From Dehalococcoidia bacterium (GTDB lineage: Bacteria; Chloroflexota; Dehalococcoidia; DSTF01; RBG-16-68-14), in the NCBI GenBank assembly GCA_040882355.1, contig JBBEBM010000033.1:1-32051 (forward strand): a stretch of DNA of 32,051 nt, given 5' to 3'. Each line of letters begins with the position of its first letter. Position 1 is the stretch's first letter. Positions 28,183 to 32,051 of this stretch are shown one piece after another. Position numbers and translations under genes: made by a program. The notes below the pieces were generated by a model, which saw nothing but the letters and a program-made list of their open reading frames with translations, ran no database searches and had not been told where the DNA came from.

Positions 28183-28269
28183 GAGGGCCTCCTGACCGCA
28201 TGCGAAGGTGTTCGACGCTACAATTCGGCATGGTAGAGCCGAACGGCTCCGCGATCAACGAAGGGTGCC

Positions 28270-28692
28270 ATGGCCAAGGACCCCCGCCCGCGTAATCAGC
28301 CGCTGCTCACCGAGGAGGAGGTGGCCGAGCGACGCCACATCCTCCTCGCGGGCATCGAGCAGTTCAACGATGGCTACTTCTTCGAGGCGCACGAGACGTG
28401 GGAAGACCTCTGGTACCCCAGCCCCTGGCCGATGCGCCAGTTCCTGCAGGGCGTGATCCAGGTAGCGGCGGCGCTCGTCCATCTCATGCGCCACGAGTAC
28501 CCAGGCACGATCCGTTTGCTCGACGCGGCGCTGGAGAAGCTGCAACAGTTCCCGGAGGTCTACCTGGGCATCGATAACGCACGGCTGATCGAAGACGTTC
28601 GTCGGGCGGGGGAGGAGCTGCGCGCGCTCGGGCCGGACCGTTTCGAGGAGTGGGCCAGGGACAGCGTTCCGCAGATCCGCGTCGTAGAGTGA
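28270..28692 (+). CDS. DUF309-family protein
   Basis: GIEQFNDGYFFEAHETWEDLW and FLQGVIQVAAALVH signature. Confidence 0.88.
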   Translation: MAKDPRPRNQPLLTEEEVAERRHILLAGIEQFNDGYFFEAHETWEDLWYPSPWPMRQFLQGVIQVAAALVHLMRHEYPGTIRLLDAALEKLQQFPEVYLGIDNARLIEDVRRAGEELRALGPDRFEEWARDSVPQIRVVE

Positions 28693-28734
28693 GAGCACTC
28701 GAGCATGGTGTGAACTGGCCTTCAGGCCGCTGCA

Positions 28735-28761
28735 AGATGCTTCGCTGCGCTCAGCATGACA
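28735..28761. repeat. REP-like dispersed element AGATGCTTCGCTGCGCTCAGCATGACA
   Basis: Intergenic imperfect palindrome resembling the widespread GTCATNCTGAGCGCAGCGAAGNATCT repeat type; single copy here. Confidence 0.55.
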
Positions 28762-28923
28762 GAAGGCCTGCAGGTGCTGTTACACTTCGGCAACAACTGG
28801 CGGCGCTGGGGCGGCTATCCTGGGATCATGACGAAGCGACCCCTTCCCAAGAGCGCCTTCGGTGAGCACCAGCATGGCTCCACCCGGTTCCCTCCCTTGC
28901 ACCTGGCAACAGCCGGGAGGGCC

Positions 28924-30030
28924 ATGCGATCGTTCAGGTTCCCGTTCCTGGCCGGCCTGACACTGCTCGCCGTCCTCGTTGTCTCCTGTACCGGAGGAAG
29001 TAACGCTGCCACCAGCACCGGTACACCGTCAGGCACCTCCCGTCCAGCGGCCACCGAAGAACCTGCGACCGATTCGGACAGCCCGCTCTCCACCGAGGAG
29101 ATCGTACGCCGGCTGCGCCCTTCGGTCGTGCAGGTGCTCACCGAAGGCGCGACTTCGGATATCTTCGGCCAGCTCGAGCCGTCGCAGGGGATCGGCACGG
29201 GCGTGATCATCGACGAAGAAGGGCACATCATTACAAACAATCACGTCGTGCGCCTCGGCGGCTCGGAGATCGCGAGCCAGATCACCGTCACGCTGGCGGA
29301 CGGCAGCACAGCGGATGCGGAGGTGGTGGGCACCGACCCGCAGACCGACCTCGCCGTGCTCAAGATCGACGCGTCCGACCTCACACCAGCGGCGCTCGGC
29401 AGCTCCGCTGACCTCGCTGTGGGTGAGGATGTCGTCGCGATGGGCTTCGCGCTGGGGCTCGAAGGCGAACCGACGGTTAGCCGCGGCGTGGTGAGCGCCA
29501 AGAGCCGCACCATCCAGGAAGAGACGGTCTCGATCAACGACGCGATCCAGACCGACGCGAGCATCAACCCGGGCAACAGCGGCGGCCCGCTCGTTGATGA
29601 AGAGGGTCACGTCGTCGGGATCAACACGGCCATCATCTCCAACGCGCAGAACATCGGGTTCTCGATCTCGATCGACCTCGCGAAGCCGATCGTCGAAGAG
29701 CTGATCGATAGCGGGCAGGTCCAGCGCGGCTATCTCGGTGTTCAGCTCACAGACATCACGCCCAGCCTCGCTCAGAACCGCGACCTGCCGGTCGACGAAG
29801 GCGTCGGCATCGTGCAGGTCGTGTCTGGCTCACCAGCCGACGAGGCCGGCCTGGAGCAGAACGACATCATCGTCGGCCTGGAAGACGAGGAGATCACCAA
29901 CACCGGCGACCTGCTTGAAGCGCTGCGCGCGTACCAGGCCGGCGACACCGTCACCGTGCGCCTCTACCGCGATGACCAGCAGCAAGAGGTCGAGATCACG
30001 CTGGGCCAGCAGCCGGAATCGACACAGTAG
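28924..30030 (+). CDS. htrA: HtrA/DegP-family serine protease with one PDZ domain; probable lipoprotein
   Basis: Lipobox-like VVSC; triad TNNHVV / TDLAVLK / GNSGGPL; PDZ GYLGV...SPADEAGL; SD GGGAGG before ATG 28924. Confidence 0.93.
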   Translation: MRSFRFPFLAGLTLLAVLVVSCTGGSNAATSTGTPSGTSRPAATEEPATDSDSPLSTEEIVRRLRPSVVQVLTEGATSDIFGQLEPSQGIGTGVIIDEEGHIITNNHVVRLGGSEIASQITVTLADGSTADAEVVGTDPQTDLAVLKIDASDLTPAALGSSADLAVGEDVVAMGFALGLEGEPTVSRGVVSAKSRTIQEETVSINDAIQTDASINPGNSGGPLVDEEGHVVGINTAIISNAQNIGFSISIDLAKPIVEELIDSGQVQRGYLGVQLTDITPSLAQNRDLPVDEGVGIVQVVSGSPADEAGLEQNDIIVGLEDEEITNTGDLLEALRAYQAGDTVTVRLYRDDQQQEVEITLGQQPESTQ

Positions 30031-30052
30031 TCCCGCGCCACTGCCGGGCGAC

Positions 30053-30162
30053 CGAAGGCCAGGCTCTCAGGCCTGGCCTTCGCGTCTCCACAGCGTGGCT
30101 CGCAGGCTCAAGACCTGCACTTCGGGCCTGCCAGCGCCGGCCAGGCTGAAGGCCTGGCCTAC
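30053..30162. repeat. Cluster of three REP-like palindromes
   Basis: CGAAGGCCAGGC-N6-GCCTGGCCTTCG (30053-30082), GCAGGCTCAAGACCTGC (30102-30118), and GGCCAGGC-TGAAG-GCCTGGCC-TAC (30139-30162; GTAG-headed on the minus strand). Confidence 0.65.
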
Positions 30163-30192
30163 GTGTGCGGGGGCTCGCTAGACTGAGACTAC

Positions 30193-31164
30193 ATGATCAA
30201 GCGAATGCTCCGCCTGCTCGCTCTCTTCTGGGCCGCGTTCTGCAGCCTCAACATCTACGCCCGTTTCGCCGTGCGACGCTTCGAGGATCTCGATCCGGAG
30301 ACGGCGGGCGTGCCCGGGTCGTTCATCGACGTCGACGGCGTGCGGGTGCACTACGTGGAAGCGGGCCACGGCGAAGCGGTGGTGCTGATCCACGGCTGGA
30401 ACGGCTCCACGTTCAACTATCGCCACGCCATCCCTGAGCTGGCGCAGCACTTCCGCGTTGTGGCGCTCGACCTGAAGGGCTACGGCTACTCCGAGCGCCC
30501 AAAGCACGGCGAGTACACGCTGGCCTCGCAGGTCGAGCTCGTGCGTGGGCTGATGGACAGGCTGGGCGTCGAACGCGTCCACGTCGTTGGCCACTCGATG
30601 GGCGGCGACATCGCGATGCGGTTCGCGGGGAAGTTCCCTGAGCGAGTCCAGCGACTGGTGCTCGTCGCCGCGGCGACGGACCGGGACAGGCGCCGCGCGA
30701 ACCGCTTCGCTGCATTCGTCCGGCCGATGCTACCAATGATCGCCGTGCTCACGCTCCACCGTCGCGGCTTCCGCGAGCGCGCCCTGCGCTCGTCCGTACA
30801 GGATCCCGCGTACGTCACGCCTGAGGTGATCGAAGGCGCCTTCCGCCCGATGCGCATGAAGGGCCACCAGCGAGCGATGGGACAGCAGATGGTCGACCAC
30901 CTTCGCGACGAGCCGTTCGACCCGGCTTCGCTCCGGTTGCCGACGCTCATCCTCTGGGGTGAGAGCGACCGCTGGATCCCGCCGGCTCAAGGCGATGAGC
31001 TGGCGCGCAAGATACCTGACGCTCGACTCGTATCGGTGCCGGCCGCAGGCCACCTGCCGCTGGAGGAGCAGCCCGCGTTCTGCAATCGAGAGCTGCTGCG
31101 CTTCCTGCTCCCGGCCGCTCCGGAGCTCACGCCCGAGCCGGCGAGCCAGGACGCCTTCGCGTAG
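30193..31164 (+). CDS. Alpha/beta-fold hydrolase
   Basis: LIHGW, DLKGYGYS, nucleophile GHSMGG, LWGESD, AGHLPLEE; N-terminal hydrophobic segment. Confidence 0.92.
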   Translation: MIKRMLRLLALFWAAFCSLNIYARFAVRRFEDLDPETAGVPGSFIDVDGVRVHYVEAGHGEAVVLIHGWNGSTFNYRHAIPELAQHFRVVALDLKGYGYSERPKHGEYTLASQVELVRGLMDRLGVERVHVVGHSMGGDIAMRFAGKFPERVQRLVLVAAATDRDRRRANRFAAFVRPMLPMIAVLTLHRRGFRERALRSSVQDPAYVTPEVIEGAFRPMRMKGHQRAMGQQMVDHLRDEPFDPASLRLPTLILWGESDRWIPPAQGDELARKIPDARLVSVPAAGHLPLEEQPAFCNRELLRFLLPAAPELTPEPASQDAFA

Positions 31165-31168
31165 CTTT

Positions 31169-31654
31169 CTAGGCCCCCAGGCGCCGGTAGCCGCCCCGGA
31201 AGAACAGCAGCGGCAGCGACTCCTGAAGCACCTCGCCGCCCTGCACCGCGCCCAGGAAGATCGTGTGGTCGCCGCCGGCGAAGCTGTCCGTCACCTCGCA
31301 CTCGAAATAGGCCAGGGAGCCCTCGATGATGGGCGCGCCGTGCTGACCCAGGTGGTAGGGGACGCCGCGCAGGCTGTCTCGCTCGGGCGGCTCGTGGCTG
31401 GCGAAGAGGCGCGAGACCTCCTCCTGGTCCTCCGTCAGGATGTTGACGCCGAAGCGCCCGCTCTCTTCGAGCTGCTGGTGAGCGTGCGCTGTGTGGTCGA
31501 CGCAGACGAGCAGCAGCAGCGGGTTGAGTGAGACCGACGTGACCGCGTTCGCCGTCATGCCGTGCAGCCGGCCATCGTGCGCGGACGTGATCACGGTGAC
31601 CCCGGTGGCGAAGTGGCCGATGATCTGGCGGTAACGCGCCGTATCGATGGTCAT
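31169..31654 (-). CDS. Flavin reductase-like (FMN-binding split barrel) protein
   Basis: GHFATGVTVIT, GMTANAVTSVSLNP, GDHTIFLG and PLLFFRGGY; SD AGGAGG before ATG 31654; extended -10 TGCTAGAAT at 31694-31686. Confidence 0.93.
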   Translation of the reverse strand: MTIDTARYRQIIGHFATGVTVITSAHDGRLHGMTANAVTSVSLNPLLLLVCVDHTAHAHQQLEESGRFGVNILTEDQEEVSRLFASHEPPERDSLRGVPYHLGQHGAPIIEGSLAYFECEVTDSFAGGDHTIFLGAVQGGEVLQESLPLLFFRGGYRRLGA

Positions 31655-31714
31655 GTGGTGGCCTCCTGCGGGTGCGGTTGGGCGTATTCTAGCACTGAGC
31701 GCGTCAGTGGACAG

Positions 31715-31738
31715 GCAGACCTGAAGGTCTGCAGCTAC
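31715..31738 (-). repeat. REP-like element GTAGCTGCAGACCTTCAGGTCTGC
   Basis: GTAG tetranucleotide followed by a 7-bp perfect hairpin; same CTTCAG core as 30139-30162. Confidence 0.6.
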
Positions 31739-31805
31739 CGCCGGCACGCTCCGGCCAGCTCCTCGTTCGACAAAGGGTGGGCGGATTCACTATCATGCAG
31801 TGACC

Positions 31806-32051
31806 ATGATCGCCGCGACAAGCAACTGGGAGGCCGAGCAGCTCGACGCGAAGCTCTCGAAGCGCGTCGCTGCGATCGGCAGCGTCTGGTGGGTGGCCGG
31901 CATGCGCCAGGAGCCGCCGCCCGTGCCGCCGATCATGTTCACAGGTGGCATCCCCGACCCCGACACCCTGCCCATCGACGACCTGATTGAGGTCTCGAAC
32001 CTGATCCTGCGCCGCGAAGGGCCGGACGCGCTCCGCTACGGCGGCCACCAG
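31806..32051 (+). CDS. PLP-dependent aminotransferase (class I, LysN/MocR-type), 5' part only; runs off the window
   Basis: My translation: MIAATSNW...PIMFTGGIPDPDTLPIDDL...REGPDALRYGGHQ, matching the ISFxGGxPDPxxFP...ALQYG N-terminal pattern; not in the ORF track because it has no stop. Confidence 0.75.
   Translation, partial: MIAATSNWEAEQLDAKLSKRVAAIGSVWWVAGMRQEPPPVPPIMFTGGIPDPDTLPIDDLIEVSNLILRREGPDALRYGGHQ

Noticed and set aside
31690..31712. CIRCE-like TAGCACT half site
   Set aside because: The second half and spacing do not match TTAGCACTC-N9-GAGTGCTAA; it overlaps the flavin reductase -10 box and is not before a chaperone gene

Overview
GC-rich bacterial window, most likely Chloroflexota (Dehalococcoidia-like; inferred from ClpC/trigger-factor style and gene content), from a draft assembly with two N gaps (6526-6625, 18966-18975). 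The housekeeping backbone is rpsA, clpC, a GT-C membrane glycosyltransferase, an Opp/Dpp binding protein with two permeases, tig-clpP-clpX and an HtrA protease. It also carries small metabolic genes: Eis-type acetyltransferase, F420-dependent oxidoreductase, SDR, alpha/beta hydrolase, flavin reductase and a partial aminotransferase. Three accessory modules stand out. (1) A tandem array of three J-domain-like genes that all lack the HPD loop and all end in an RLGW motif; two share an upstream GCCGA(T/A)G element. (2) A non-cellulosomal cohesin-dockerin pair: a membrane-anchored cohesin next to a 1225-aa secreted vWA / Thr-Pro stalk / cohesin / dockerin protein. (3) A translationally coupled ACP - inactive KS (CLF-like) - active KS cassette, preceded by an MDR reductase and an FGE-fold gene. 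Also seen: an S1 protein with a long acidic repeat tail, an SD-occluding hairpin before htrA, several near-leaderless promoters, REP-like palindromes and two apparent frameshifts. All family calls come from motifs read by eye; no searches were run.
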